From positions 1,536,001-1,600,000 of the forward strand of contig CAVSHF010000003.1 of the NCBI GenBank assembly GCA_963727805.1: a DNA stretch of 64,000 nt. Direction: 5' to 3'. The translations under genes were made by a program, and so were the position numbers. Below, piece after piece: positions 1-8,940 of this stretch. This stretch comes from an uncultured Nitrospiraceae bacterium. GTDB taxonomy: Bacteria > Nitrospirota > Thermodesulfovibrionia > Thermodesulfovibrionales > Dissulfurispiraceae. The notes under the pieces were generated by a model. It was not told where the DNA came from. It made no database searches and saw only the letters and a list, made by a program, of their open reading frames with translations. The stretch's first letter is position 1. Each line of letters begins with the position of its first letter.

Positions 1-2
1 TC

Positions 3-899
3 ATTGCAAAAGAAATTGACGTAGGCGCTCCTCCCGACGATTTCAATTCAACCGGCCAGAATTGGGGATTCCCCCCCTTCGCCCCCGAAAAGATGCGACA
101 GTCCGGGTATGAATTCCTGGTCCAGACCATCAGAAAAAATATGCAACATGCCGGAGCCCTGAGGATCGACCATGCCCTGGGGATGTTCAGGCTTTTCTGG
201 ATCCCGCAGGGGACGAAACCGGAACACGGGGCTTATGTGCACTATCCGGCGGAGGAAATCCTCAGGATCATCTCTCTTGAGAGCATCAGGAATAAAACGA
301 TCGTCATTGCCGAAGATCTTGGCACTGTCGGAGAGGACGTTCACGAGACCCTTTTCAGGTTCAGGATGCTCAGCTACAAGCTTCTTTATTTCGAGAGGAA
401 TTATCCCGATCCTTCCCTCAAGAGTCCCGAGCGTTATACCGACCGCGCCCTCTGCGCCGTAACGACCCACGACCTACCTACCCTCTACGGCTTCTGGTCG
501 GGCCGCGACATCGAGGAAAAGACGAGACTCGGCCTTTATCCGAACGAGAACCTCAGACAGCGACAAATCCGCGAGCGGGAAAGGGACAGGGGCCTTCTGC
601 TCCAAGCGCTTAAGTCGCAAGGACTTCTTCCCGAGGAGTTCTCTACCGACCCCGGAGTGCTTTTTATGATGATACCCTCGCTTTGCCTCACCATCTATGA
701 ATACCTGTCCCTCACTCCCTGCAAGCTTCTCGCGGTGAGTCTCGATGATATCATAGCCACACAGGACCAGCAGAATATGCCGGGGACCATAGACGCCTAT
801 CCCAACTGGCTGCGTAAGACACCGGTCACCCTCGAAAACATCATGTTGAACAGATCGTTCTTCACACTCTCAAAGATTTTCAGGAGAAACCATCGGTAA
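3..899 (+). CDS. malQ: 4-alpha-glucanotransferase (amylomaltase, GH77), 5'-truncated by window edge
   Basis: Frame open from position 3; GH77 motifs GAPPDDF..GQNWGFPP, LRIDHALG, IAEDLG, TTHDLPTL, QNMPGT..YPNW. Confidence 0.95.
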   Translation: MAKEIDVGAPPDDFNSTGQNWGFPPFAPEKMRQSGYEFLVQTIRKNMQHAGALRIDHALGMFRLFWIPQGTKPEHGAYVHYPAEEILRIISLESIRNKTIVIAEDLGTVGEDVHETLFRFRMLSYKLLYFERNYPDPSLKSPERYTDRALCAVTTHDLPTLYGFWSGRDIEEKTRLGLYPNENLRQRQIRERERDRGLLLQALKSQGLLPEEFSTDPGVLFMMIPSLCLTIYEYLSLTPCKLLAVSLDDIIATQDQQNMPGTIDAYPNWLRKTPVTLENIMLNRSFFTLSKIFRRNHR

Positions 900-1125
900 C
901 GTTTGCCGTCTGTGGCTCATTCGGGAGAAGTATATAACTATCTTAAAGTTTTTTGGGCGGCAAGTTTCGCCGGTTGTGCTTTTCCCCTATCCTGTGTTTC
1001 CCTGATCTTCCGGGTCTAAAATATGCGGAGCCAATCTAATGCTAGATATTGTTGAAACACTTTACTAGAGCAAGGCCTTGCAAGAAAGCTCTGCAGACTT
1101 GGCAAAAGAAGTATTAGCTGTAAAA

Positions 1126-2031
1126 CTATTGCGGAGCGTACTTTGTCGATCCCGGATCCACGGATGTTCTTCTGATAGTGAAATAGACCCCGAACATCAT
1201 AATTGCCATCCCTATCCACTGATAACGCGATATATCTTCTTTAAATATTCCGATCAATATAAGCACACTGAAGAGTGGGAAAGTCATGCCGAGTGATATT
1301 GCTTTTGAGATATCGAGTCGGGAAAGTGCCTCATACCAGATTATTTTGCCCACTCCGAGAAGTATAATCCCTGTTACTAGGACGGTAGGCCAATCGGTAC
1401 GTATGATAGGTAATATGCTAGCTTGCGTCTCCAAGAGGATGGAAAGAACAAGTATGAATAATCCACCCAATAAAAAGCGGACAAAAAGGATTGTTGATGG
1501 GGACACTTGATTAAGGGCTTTTTTTGCATAAAAATTACCGATAGGATATGTTGCAGTACTGGCGGCAACCAATATGTCGCCAACATTCAGCTTGAACTTT
1601 CCGTTGTATAAAATCATTAGTGCGCCGATAAATACGCTCAATGCACCGATGAGCTTTTCAACCGTAGTCTTCTCCCCGATTAAAGGAGTAAATAACAGAG
1701 TAAAAATAATTTCTGAAAGTAACAGCAATGAAGTATTTATACCGGATGTTTTACTTGAACCGATGAAGAATAGAACATAAGGCATAATAACTATGCACAA
1801 AGTAATCATCAGAAGTGAGGCATATGCTTCTTTCTTCCTAAGTTCGCCCAATTTGTGTTTGATCACTGTATAGAGAAATGCGCCTGCAGCAGCCAGCAGT
1901 GTGGAAATCGCAGCAAACGTTAGCGGAGGAATATGACGCGCTCCCCGGTTGACCATTACCGGGAATATACCCCACAGTGCTGCGCTGATGAGGGCGAGAA
2001 GTACACCCTTGTTTTCGCGTGTGGTGGGCAT
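1126..2031 (-). CDS. DMT/EamA family transporter
   Basis: 301 aa, about 10 hydrophobic segments in two EamA-like repeats. Confidence 0.9.
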   Translation of the reverse strand: MPTTRENKGVLLALISAALWGIFPVMVNRGARHIPPLTFAAISTLLAAAGAFLYTVIKHKLGELRKKEAYASLLMITLCIVIMPYVLFFIGSSKTSGINTSLLLLSEIIFTLLFTPLIGEKTTVEKLIGALSVFIGALMILYNGKFKLNVGDILVAASTATYPIGNFYAKKALNQVSPSTILFVRFLLGGLFILVLSILLETQASILPIIRTDWPTVLVTGIILLGVGKIIWYEALSRLDISKAISLGMTFPLFSVLILIGIFKEDISRYQWIGMAIMMFGVYFTIRRTSVDPGSTKYAPQ

Positions 2032-2089
2032 TCTTAATGTCGGAAACGAGGGCTATCGCTGATATCATTACCTGCCCGTCTGGCGATTT

Positions 2090-2761
2090 TCATACTGCCG
2101 TCTTTTCTTTCCAGTATTGATATTCATAGGGCCATTCTTCTTTTCGATAATCCACAAGTCCTCGCATGCGTTCCCGAAAGCTCTTCCGCAGCAAATCGAC
2201 GTCGGTCGGCACTTCGTCGGCCCTCCAACTTGAAATCAGCTTTTTGCCCAGCTTGCGCGCTTCATCTTGCACATTCGCTGTAAAGATGCCACCCGACATG
2301 GCGGACATGCTAGCCCATACTCCGCCTATGGGCACTGCCCCCGTTATAGTTAGAAAATGATTCATATACTCCACAATAGCCTTTTCGTCGCCCCCGCCTG
2401 AGGTAACTACCGAAGCCCCGTACTTACCCCAGAATTGCATACAATGGATTACGCCGCAGCACCGGTCCATAAAGGCCTTGAGCTGAGCGCTCACACTAAA
2501 AATATAATTAGGGCTTGCCAGTATCAAACCGTCAGCCTCAGCAATTTTATCCTTTAATGATTCAAAGCTGTCCTTTTGGACACAGCAACCTTTCTTGTGG
2601 CAGACGTCACATCCTCGACAAGGAAGCACAGTGTTTCCCTTCAGTACGATAATTTCAGTCTTCGCACCTTCGGCCTCAGCACCGTCCAGAACGTGTCGTA
2701 AAAGTCCGGCAGTGTTACCCTTTAACCCATGCGGGCTTGCCAGCAGTGATATGATTTTCAT
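2090..2761 (-). CDS. Iron-sulfur flavoprotein / multimeric flavodoxin (FMN_red family)
   Basis: SPHGLKGNT FMN loop, CRGCDVCHKKGCC cluster motif, ASPNY..SAQLKAFMDR; ATG 2761 follows GAGGAGG. Confidence 0.9.
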   Translation of the reverse strand: MKIISLLASPHGLKGNTAGLLRHVLDGAEAEGAKTEIIVLKGNTVLPCRGCDVCHKKGCCVQKDSFESLKDKIAEADGLILASPNYIFSVSAQLKAFMDRCCGVIHCMQFWGKYGASVVTSGGGDEKAIVEYMNHFLTITGAVPIGGVWASMSAMSGGIFTANVQDEARKLGKKLISSWRADEVPTDVDLLRKSFRERMRGLVDYRKEEWPYEYQYWKEKTAV

Positions 2762-2958
2762 GACAGCCTCCTCTAGCAAAAAACTTTAGTTATTTTTCAG
2801 TATATCAAAGGTTATTACCAAGAAACATAATCATCGTGGATCTGTTAACTCTGTAAGTTCACCAGCGGCATTCACAATTAGGGAATGAAAATTGTTATTG
2901 ATGGATGTGCTACTTGATTGTTTGATGAAAACACCATTCCAATAGACGTGCTATTATT

Positions 2959-2990
2959 GTAACAACTACGTAACAATAAGTCTGTATAAT
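2959..2990 (+). promoter_or_regulatory. Pho-box-like promoter of the GH1 gene (two clear half-sites plus TATAAT)
   Basis: GTAA 2959 and 2970, 11-nt spacer, TATAAT 2985-2990; ATG 6 nt downstream. Confidence 0.7.
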
Positions 2991-2996
2991 ATAGCG

Positions 2997-4232
2997 ATGA
3001 ATAAGAACTTCCTCTGGGGGGTTGCCACTTCTGCATTTCAGCTTGAAGGTTCGCCCCACGCAGACTGGTCGTCCTGGGACTCGATCCTCAGCCAAAATCC
3101 GGATGTTACCAATCACTATGCTCTCTACAAAGAGGACCTCTCCCTTCTGAAGGATCTCGGGGTTAATGCTTATCGCTTTTCTCTTGAATGGAGCAGGATC
3201 CAGCCTAAGGAAAATGCCTGGGACTCCTCGGTGATCGATCATTATCAGGAGATCATAGGGATACTGAAAAGCTACAATGTGGAGCCGATGCTCACCCTCC
3301 ACCATTTTACACATCCGCTCTGGTTCATTAAGAAATACCCATGGCACGATGACGCATCCGTGGAGATGTTTCTTGCATATGTCGAAAAAATTGTATCGGC
3401 TATCAAGGGAGTGTCATATTGGATTACCTTCAATGAGCCCTACGTCCTGCTGCTCGGCGGATATCTCGAAGGCTGCATGCCCCCGGGCATCAAAGACCCC
3501 GGCCTCGCTCTAAAGGCCTTGAAGAACATCCTTGTCTGCCATGCAAAGGCTTACGATATCATCCATAGGGCTGACCCCGCGGCTATGGTAAGCGTGTCGC
3601 ACAACATGGCCGCCCTTGCGCCTTGGAGCCGCTGGAACCCTTTCGACCGTGCCCTTGCGAAGATGGCTAAATATTTTTATAATCGCTCTCTTACCGATGC
3701 GTTTCTGACAGGTTATTTGAAGATCAAGTTCCCGTTCCGCAAAGAAGCACTGATAGAAGTCCCAATTAAGGGCAAGCTCGATTTCTTCGGAGTCAATTAC
3801 TACACCAGGGTGCATATACGCTTCAATCCCTTTAGGAAGATGGCTATCGAATTACGCCACCTGGACATTGACGGATACGGCCTCACCGATCTCGGATGGG
3901 AGATTCACCCTTACGGTCTCGAGAAGGTATTACGTTATGCCTCAGCTCTGGGGGTGCCTCTGATAATCACCGAAAACGGGATAGCCACGCGCAACGCCCA
4001 GAAGAAGATCGATTTCATGAGAAGGCATATCGACGCCGTCGAAAGGAGCATAAAAAATGGCATCGATGTTAGGGGATATTTCTACTGGTCCCTTATCGAC
4101 AACTATGAATGGCTCCAAGGCCTCGATGCCCGCTTCGGCCTCTATAGAGTTGACTTCAAGACCCTCAAACGCAAGCCCACCAACGCTGCCGCCTATTATT
4201 CTTATTTAATAAGGAGCAGGTCGGAGTTCTGA
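2997..4232 (+). CDS. Glycoside hydrolase family 1 beta-glycosidase
   Basis: FLWGVATSAFQLEG, YRFSLEWSRI, TFNEP (acid/base), ITENG (nucleophile), WSLIDNYEW. Confidence 0.95.
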   Translation: MNKNFLWGVATSAFQLEGSPHADWSSWDSILSQNPDVTNHYALYKEDLSLLKDLGVNAYRFSLEWSRIQPKENAWDSSVIDHYQEIIGILKSYNVEPMLTLHHFTHPLWFIKKYPWHDDASVEMFLAYVEKIVSAIKGVSYWITFNEPYVLLLGGYLEGCMPPGIKDPGLALKALKNILVCHAKAYDIIHRADPAAMVSVSHNMAALAPWSRWNPFDRALAKMAKYFYNRSLTDAFLTGYLKIKFPFRKEALIEVPIKGKLDFFGVNYYTRVHIRFNPFRKMAIELRHLDIDGYGLTDLGWEIHPYGLEKVLRYASALGVPLIITENGIATRNAQKKIDFMRRHIDAVERSIKNGIDVRGYFYWSLIDNYEWLQGLDARFGLYRVDFKTLKRKPTNAAAYYSYLIRSRSEF

Positions 4233-4264
4233 TAACAGCAATCTGCCGGTCGATTATCGCCATT

Positions 4265-4318
4265 TTCACCTAACCTTAACATAACCGCAACCTCCTTGTA
4301 ACCGTGCTTTCGTAAACT
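4265..4318 (+). promoter_or_regulatory. Pho-box-like promoter of the olsB-like operon
   Basis: TTCA 4265, TTAA 4276, GCAA 4287, GTAA 4298 (11-bp period), 11-nt spacer, TAAACT 4313-4318. Confidence 0.75.
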
Positions 4319-4344
4319 TTAAGAAAACACTCCAAGGAGATCAC

Positions 4345-5109
4345 ATGATCGAACAAAAGCGCAGCACCGTTACGCCTAAGAAGGAAAGTCAACTTATTGT
4401 AAAACGGGCGGACCATCAAAGCGAAATAGAAGCGGCGCTGAGACTCCGGTTCGAGGTCTTTAACGTCGAGATGAATGAAGGACTTCAATCTTCATACAGA
4501 ATTGGCCTTGACTGCGACGAATACGATCCCTTGTGTGACCACATGATAGTGGTCGATGCCGCGAAGAATATGATTGTCGGCACTTACCGGTTGCTCCGCG
4601 GGTCCGAGGCCGAAAAGACCCTCGGATATTATTCCGAAACCGAATTTGAGATATCTGCACTGAAAAGGCTGCATGGAGAGAAGCTGGAGCTCGGCAGGGC
4701 CTGTGTTCACAAGGATTATAGGGGGTCGGCTGTATTGAATCTAATGTGGAGCGGCATCGCAGACTATATCGACAAACATCGTATAGATTATCTTTTCGGC
4801 TGCGGCAGTATCCATACTATCAACCCGACTGTCATCAGCAGCATGTATGGATATTTCAAAATGAACTATCTGACAGATGAAACTTGCAGGGTGACTCCCC
4901 TGAAGCATGTTCCCGGATTCGATTCCGAGGCCGCTCCTGACAGGCGGTTGATAGCACAGCACCTGCCGCCACTTCTGGGCGCCTATTTGCGGGTCGGGGC
5001 ACGGGTTGCCGGCGAACCAGCCTTCGATGAGCAATTCGGTGTGAGCGATTTCCTGATCGTGCTCGACCGGGAGAAACTGCTTGAACGTTATAAGAATCGA
5101 TACTTTTAG
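4345..5109 (+). CDS. olsB: GNAT-family N-acyltransferase, OlsB-like (lyso-ornithine lipid synthase)
   Basis: ALRLRFEVF, D.DEYD..CDH, VGTYRLL, GYYSETEF, LELGRACVHKDYR, PPLLGAYLRVGA, PAFDEQFGVSD. Confidence 0.8.
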   Translation: MIEQKRSTVTPKKESQLIVKRADHQSEIEAALRLRFEVFNVEMNEGLQSSYRIGLDCDEYDPLCDHMIVVDAAKNMIVGTYRLLRGSEAEKTLGYYSETEFEISALKRLHGEKLELGRACVHKDYRGSAVLNLMWSGIADYIDKHRIDYLFGCGSIHTINPTVISSMYGYFKMNYLTDETCRVTPLKHVPGFDSEAAPDRRLIAQHLPPLLGAYLRVGARVAGEPAFDEQFGVSDFLIVLDREKLLERYKNRYF

Positions 5110-5116
5110 AAAGAAC

Positions 5117-5914
5117 GTGACATTGCTCAGGATATATAGGCTTCTTCTCATCATTCTGATGAGTGTATTATTCCTTGCTACTGGGATTGGTGTTCTCGTC
5201 TTTCTCATTGCTGGTAAGTCAGCACTTACGAAGGTCAGGGCGCGCTGCACCATGTGGTGGGCCAGGTCCATGTGCTACATTCTTGGCATCCGCATAGAAA
5301 AAAGCGGCGAAACTGAAGAGCAAAGCGGTAGTTTCACGGTCTGCAATCATATCAGCTATCTGGACATCTTCGTCGTAGGAAGCGTCAGACCCTCGAGTTT
5401 CGTGGCTAAGCAGGACGTCCGAAACTGGCCCCTTGCGGGATGGCTGGCAAGCCTTGCAGGCACAGTATTCATCAATAGGCAATCAAGGCGGGCTGCAATC
5501 GAAGCAATGAGAATGATGGAGCAGAAGATTGACAGCGGCGTAAATGTCGTGATATTTCCTGAAGGCACAACCTCCGATGGCTTTGTTATCAAGCCATTCA
5601 AGAGCACTCTGTTCAACCTTCCTGCATGCAGGAATATCACGGTGATTCCCGTCAGCATCAGGTATACAGGCATCGATGGAGAAGTGATGCCCCAAAACAG
5701 ACTCGACGAGATCGCATGGTATGGAGACATGCAGCTAGTGCCGCACTTATGGAATGTCCTCGGTCTTAAATCGATTGAAGCAATATTGCATTTCAATCCC
5801 AGCATTTCGCCAGTCGGCGAAAGTGTGCCACTGCCCGCCGCAAGAAAGCGTCTTTGTTCTCTTTCTTATGAGAGCATCGAGTCGGGATTTGCCCTTGCTG
5901 GCAGAAGCAATTAA
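5117..5914 (+). CDS. PlsC/OlsA-family acyltransferase
   Basis: NHISYLD (HxxxxD), FVAK, GTVFINR, FPEGTTSDG; directly after the olsB-like gene; GTG start at 5117 is approximate. Confidence 0.9.
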   Translation: MTLLRIYRLLLIILMSVLFLATGIGVLVFLIAGKSALTKVRARCTMWWARSMCYILGIRIEKSGETEEQSGSFTVCNHISYLDIFVVGSVRPSSFVAKQDVRNWPLAGWLASLAGTVFINRQSRRAAIEAMRMMEQKIDSGVNVVIFPEGTTSDGFVIKPFKSTLFNLPACRNITVIPVSIRYTGIDGEVMPQNRLDEIAWYGDMQLVPHLWNVLGLKSIEAILHFNPSISPVGESVPLPAARKRLCSLSYESIESGFALAGRSN

Positions 5915-6063
5915 CAGGCTTTCATTACCGATCAGGTTCCGACTGTCTAAATCATGCAGAACTTGAGAATATGAAAAAAATAAGCACGTCCTGCCAATTT
6001 AATCTGATTGATGAAAAGATCAAGAAACAGTTAGATCAACCTTTCAAGACAAAAGCCAATCTT

Positions 6064-6118
6064 TTAACCCGAACGTAACGCTCCCTTAATAATCGCGTAA
6101 CACAATAAACGTTAGCAT
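6064..6118 (+). promoter_or_regulatory. Pho-box-like promoter of the PHP-glycosyltransferase operon
   Basis: TTAA 6064, GTAA 6075, TTAA 6086, GTAA 6097; TAGCAT 6113-6118 (12-nt spacer). Confidence 0.75.
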
Positions 6119-6127
6119 TAAGCACTA

Positions 6128-6817
6128 ATGTTGCTCTGCGATTTTCACATTCATACGACATACTCCGATGGTTCAATCGAACTCAGTAAAGTTGTTGATC
6201 TTTACGGCCAGGCCGGCTTTGATGCCGTCGCAATCACAGACCATGTGGTAAACGAGGACAGCTCCATCGGTAAACTCGCACACCGTTTCGGATACACTGT
6301 CAATGAAAAAAACTTCGCAGAATACATGGAAACAATACAGTCTGAAGCAGCCAGGGCCTTGAACAAATACGGGATGCTGGTCATCCCGGGTATTGAGATA
6401 AGCAAAAACTATATCGACTCGGATAAGTCGGCACACATCCTGATCCTCGATCTGAAGGGGTTTGTTTCAGCCTGCTGGGATTATGAAAAAATATTTATGG
6501 AAGCAAAAAGACAGGACGCCCTCGTCGTCGCCTGCCATCCGCACACCATGTCGGATATGAGTAAGGACACGTACCACCTCTGGAACAACAGGGACCGGTA
6601 TGCGAAATACATCGATGCCTGGGAGATCGCCAACAGGGACGATGTGTTTAATGTGGTAAGCCTCAAGAAATACCCATATATCGCCAACAGCGATTTCCAC
6701 AAGGCTCGCCATCTCTACTCGTGGAAGACGCTCCTGAATTGCCAAAAAGAAGTCGGCGCGATCAAACAGTGCATACGCCATAACAAGGGTGTAGCAATAA
6801 CATTGTTCAGAAACTGA
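6128..6817 (+). CDS. PHP-domain phosphoesterase
   Basis: DFHIHTTYSDG, AITDH, PGIEI, ACHP, NSDFH metal-binding motifs. Confidence 0.9.
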   Translation: MLLCDFHIHTTYSDGSIELSKVVDLYGQAGFDAVAITDHVVNEDSSIGKLAHRFGYTVNEKNFAEYMETIQSEAARALNKYGMLVIPGIEISKNYIDSDKSAHILILDLKGFVSACWDYEKIFMEAKRQDALVVACHPHTMSDMSKDTYHLWNNRDRYAKYIDAWEIANRDDVFNVVSLKKYPYIANSDFHKARHLYSWKTLLNCQKEVGAIKQCIRHNKGVAITLFRN

Positions 6818-6832
6818 TTTAAGGAGGATACA

Positions 6833-8050
6833 ATGGTACTATTCCTCATTTTTGCGACATTAAGCATCATTGGGCTTCTTGCATATACAGCTCAGATATG
6901 GACCGTGCGCTCATATCGTTCCCTCCCCACGGTGCCCCCCTCGGGGGAAGATCATTCTTCCCCCCATTTTTCCCCACCGATCTCCGTTCTCAAGCCGCTA
7001 AAAGGACTTGACGACAACCTTTTCGATAACCTCGCAAGCTTCTGCCATCAGGATTATCCGCAATACGAGATCATCTTTTCTCTGCAGAATGAAAATGATC
7101 CGGCCTGCAAGGTGGCACGTTTGATAAAGGATAAATATCCCGAAAGGGACATAACCATCCATGTCGAGCGGTGCTCGTCAGGACTCAATCCGAAAGTAAA
7201 TAACCTGATCCCGGCATATCGGATATCTAAATATCCGTACATCCTTATAAGTGACAGCAACGTAACAGTAAACAGGCATTATCTTAAGGAGATCATCCGC
7301 GACATGGAAAACCCCGAGGTTGGATTGGTCAGCAACCTCATAAGAGGGATGGGGGGATATTCCGTCGGCGCCGTCTTTGAAAACCTGCATCTTAATACTT
7401 TCGTTATGGGAAGCGTCAGTTTTCTCGATAGGTGCCTCAAAATGCCATGCGTCGTCGGCAAATCGATGCTGATGAGAAAAGCCGATCTCGACGCTATCGG
7501 TGGCTTTATAGGTGTTAAGGACATCCTTGCCGAAGATTATGTTATCGGAAAGCGCATGCATGACAGCGGCAAAAGGGTTATCCTATCCAGACACATGATC
7601 GACAACGTCAACGAATACTGGGGGATCCGGAAATTCCTTAACCGGCATACCCGCTGGGGCAAATTGAGGTGGCATATAGGCGGCCCGAAATATTTCTCGG
7701 AACTGCTCTGTAATCCCGTGTTTATGGCATTTCTACCTCTGATCTTGCTTGGACCCACAAGACTGTCATTTGCCTTCGCAGCAACGGTAAGTCTCTGCAA
7801 GGCGATGGGAGACTTCATAATCGGCCGCCGGATAAGAACAGACTTAAAGGCTTCGTCATACGTTCTCGGTCCACTGAAGGATGTCCTGATCGGGTTCATC
7901 TGGTTTGTGCCGCTCTTAAGCAATACCGTCATCTGGAGGGGCAACAGATACATTATCGGTAAAGACTCGCAGCTTTCCTCCTGTCCGGAAACTGGAATAT
8001 TCTCCTGGAGATACAGGATATTCGATACTATAAAGGCGCGTCTGGCCTGA
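6833..8050 (+). CDS. Ceramide-glucosyltransferase/HpnI-like (GT21/GT2) membrane glycosyltransferase
   Basis: SVLKPLKG.D, NPKVNNL, ISDSN, GKSMLMR, LAEDY, RHTRW; N- and C-terminal TM helices. Confidence 0.85.
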   Translation: MVLFLIFATLSIIGLLAYTAQIWTVRSYRSLPTVPPSGEDHSSPHFSPPISVLKPLKGLDDNLFDNLASFCHQDYPQYEIIFSLQNENDPACKVARLIKDKYPERDITIHVERCSSGLNPKVNNLIPAYRISKYPYILISDSNVTVNRHYLKEIIRDMENPEVGLVSNLIRGMGGYSVGAVFENLHLNTFVMGSVSFLDRCLKMPCVVGKSMLMRKADLDAIGGFIGVKDILAEDYVIGKRMHDSGKRVILSRHMIDNVNEYWGIRKFLNRHTRWGKLRWHIGGPKYFSELLCNPVFMAFLPLILLGPTRLSFAFAATVSLCKAMGDFIIGRRIRTDLKASSYVLGPLKDVLIGFIWFVPLLSNTVIWRGNRYIIGKDSQLSSCPETGIFSWRYRIFDTIKARLA

Positions 8051-8130
8051 TTCTGGCATCCCTCATATGTCATCATGGCGGGCATTCTGCTTCCAGATGC
8101 AGATAATTAGCGTGCAACCAAACCTTGATA

Positions 8131-8184
8131 GTAACCAAACATTAACATTCCCTTCATGATGAGGTAATACCAGTGAGCTACAAT
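8131..8184 (+). promoter_or_regulatory. Pho-box-like promoter of the small Cys-rich gene
   Basis: GTAA 8131, TTAA 8142, TTCA 8153, GTAA 8164, 11-nt spacer, TACAAT 8179-8184. Confidence 0.8.
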
Positions 8185-8221
8185 ATTACTAGAAATGAAA
8201 TTAAAGAAAGTGAGGTCTGAA

Positions 8222-8434
8222 ATGGAAACGATCCTTATGAATACATGCTGTCTGCAGCATGTGCTTGAAGCAAGGCAGCCCGAGATCTGTCCCTATCTCG
8301 ATACGGCAACGAACATCTGCGAAGCATCTCTCTCATCGATCACCACCGACGGGATCAGACGTGCCAGTTATTGCTCAACTGATAACTATGATAACTGCGC
8401 CCTGTTCATAGCAAAATCACTGAGAAGGAAATAA
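8222..8434 (+). CDS. Small cysteine-rich hypothetical protein (70 aa)
   Basis: GTGAGG SD before ATG 8222; CPY..C.AS..YC....DNC pattern; own promoter. Confidence 0.65.
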   Translation: METILMNTCCLQHVLEARQPEICPYLDTATNICEASLSSITTDGIRRASYCSTDNYDNCALFIAKSLRRK

Positions 8435-8602
8435 TTCTACAGGCCCGGGGTAAAATAATCCGGTCCACCCGCAGCTCCATCCTGCCTGCACCAACCACAG
8501 TACCTCCCTACTCTTCCTCCCATTGTGCAGCAAACTTGCTGTTTGCCTTATTCTTGTTCACACATAGGCCCTGAAATAAAGAAAGTACTGCCGGAGATTT
8601 TG

Positions 8603-8656
8603 GTAACCAGATCTTAACATTCCCTTCATACCACGGTAATACAGCAAGGGTACAAT
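8603..8656 (+). promoter_or_regulatory. Pho-box-like promoter upstream of phoH (paralogue of the 8131 promoter)
   Basis: GTAA 8603, TTAA 8614, TTCA 8625, GTAA 8636, 11-nt spacer, TACAAT 8651-8656. Confidence 0.8.
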
Positions 8657-8940
8657 AAGATAAAATACGTTCATGAAAGTGAGGCTGCTATTCTCCCCAC
8701 TTGCCTGTCAACCGCTGCATCAAATGTTTTATTTCCGCTACTTTCTTATTTCAGACCGAGTCCGATTTTACATTCTTATCCTCTTGCCAGTCTTGTCACT
8801 CTCATTTCAAAATACACCTTTCCCCATCATTGCATGATCTGTCTAAATTGGCATCTACTAAATAGTCAGCAGCGTCAAACGATGTTCGCAATACTTGTCC
8901 TAAAAATACAAGGTTCATCTAAATTGAAGGGGGCTATACA

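Noticed and set aside
8673..8837. 54-codon hydrophobic ORF upstream of phoH
   Set aside because: No SD in front, and it overlaps the duplicated RBS; probably incidental.
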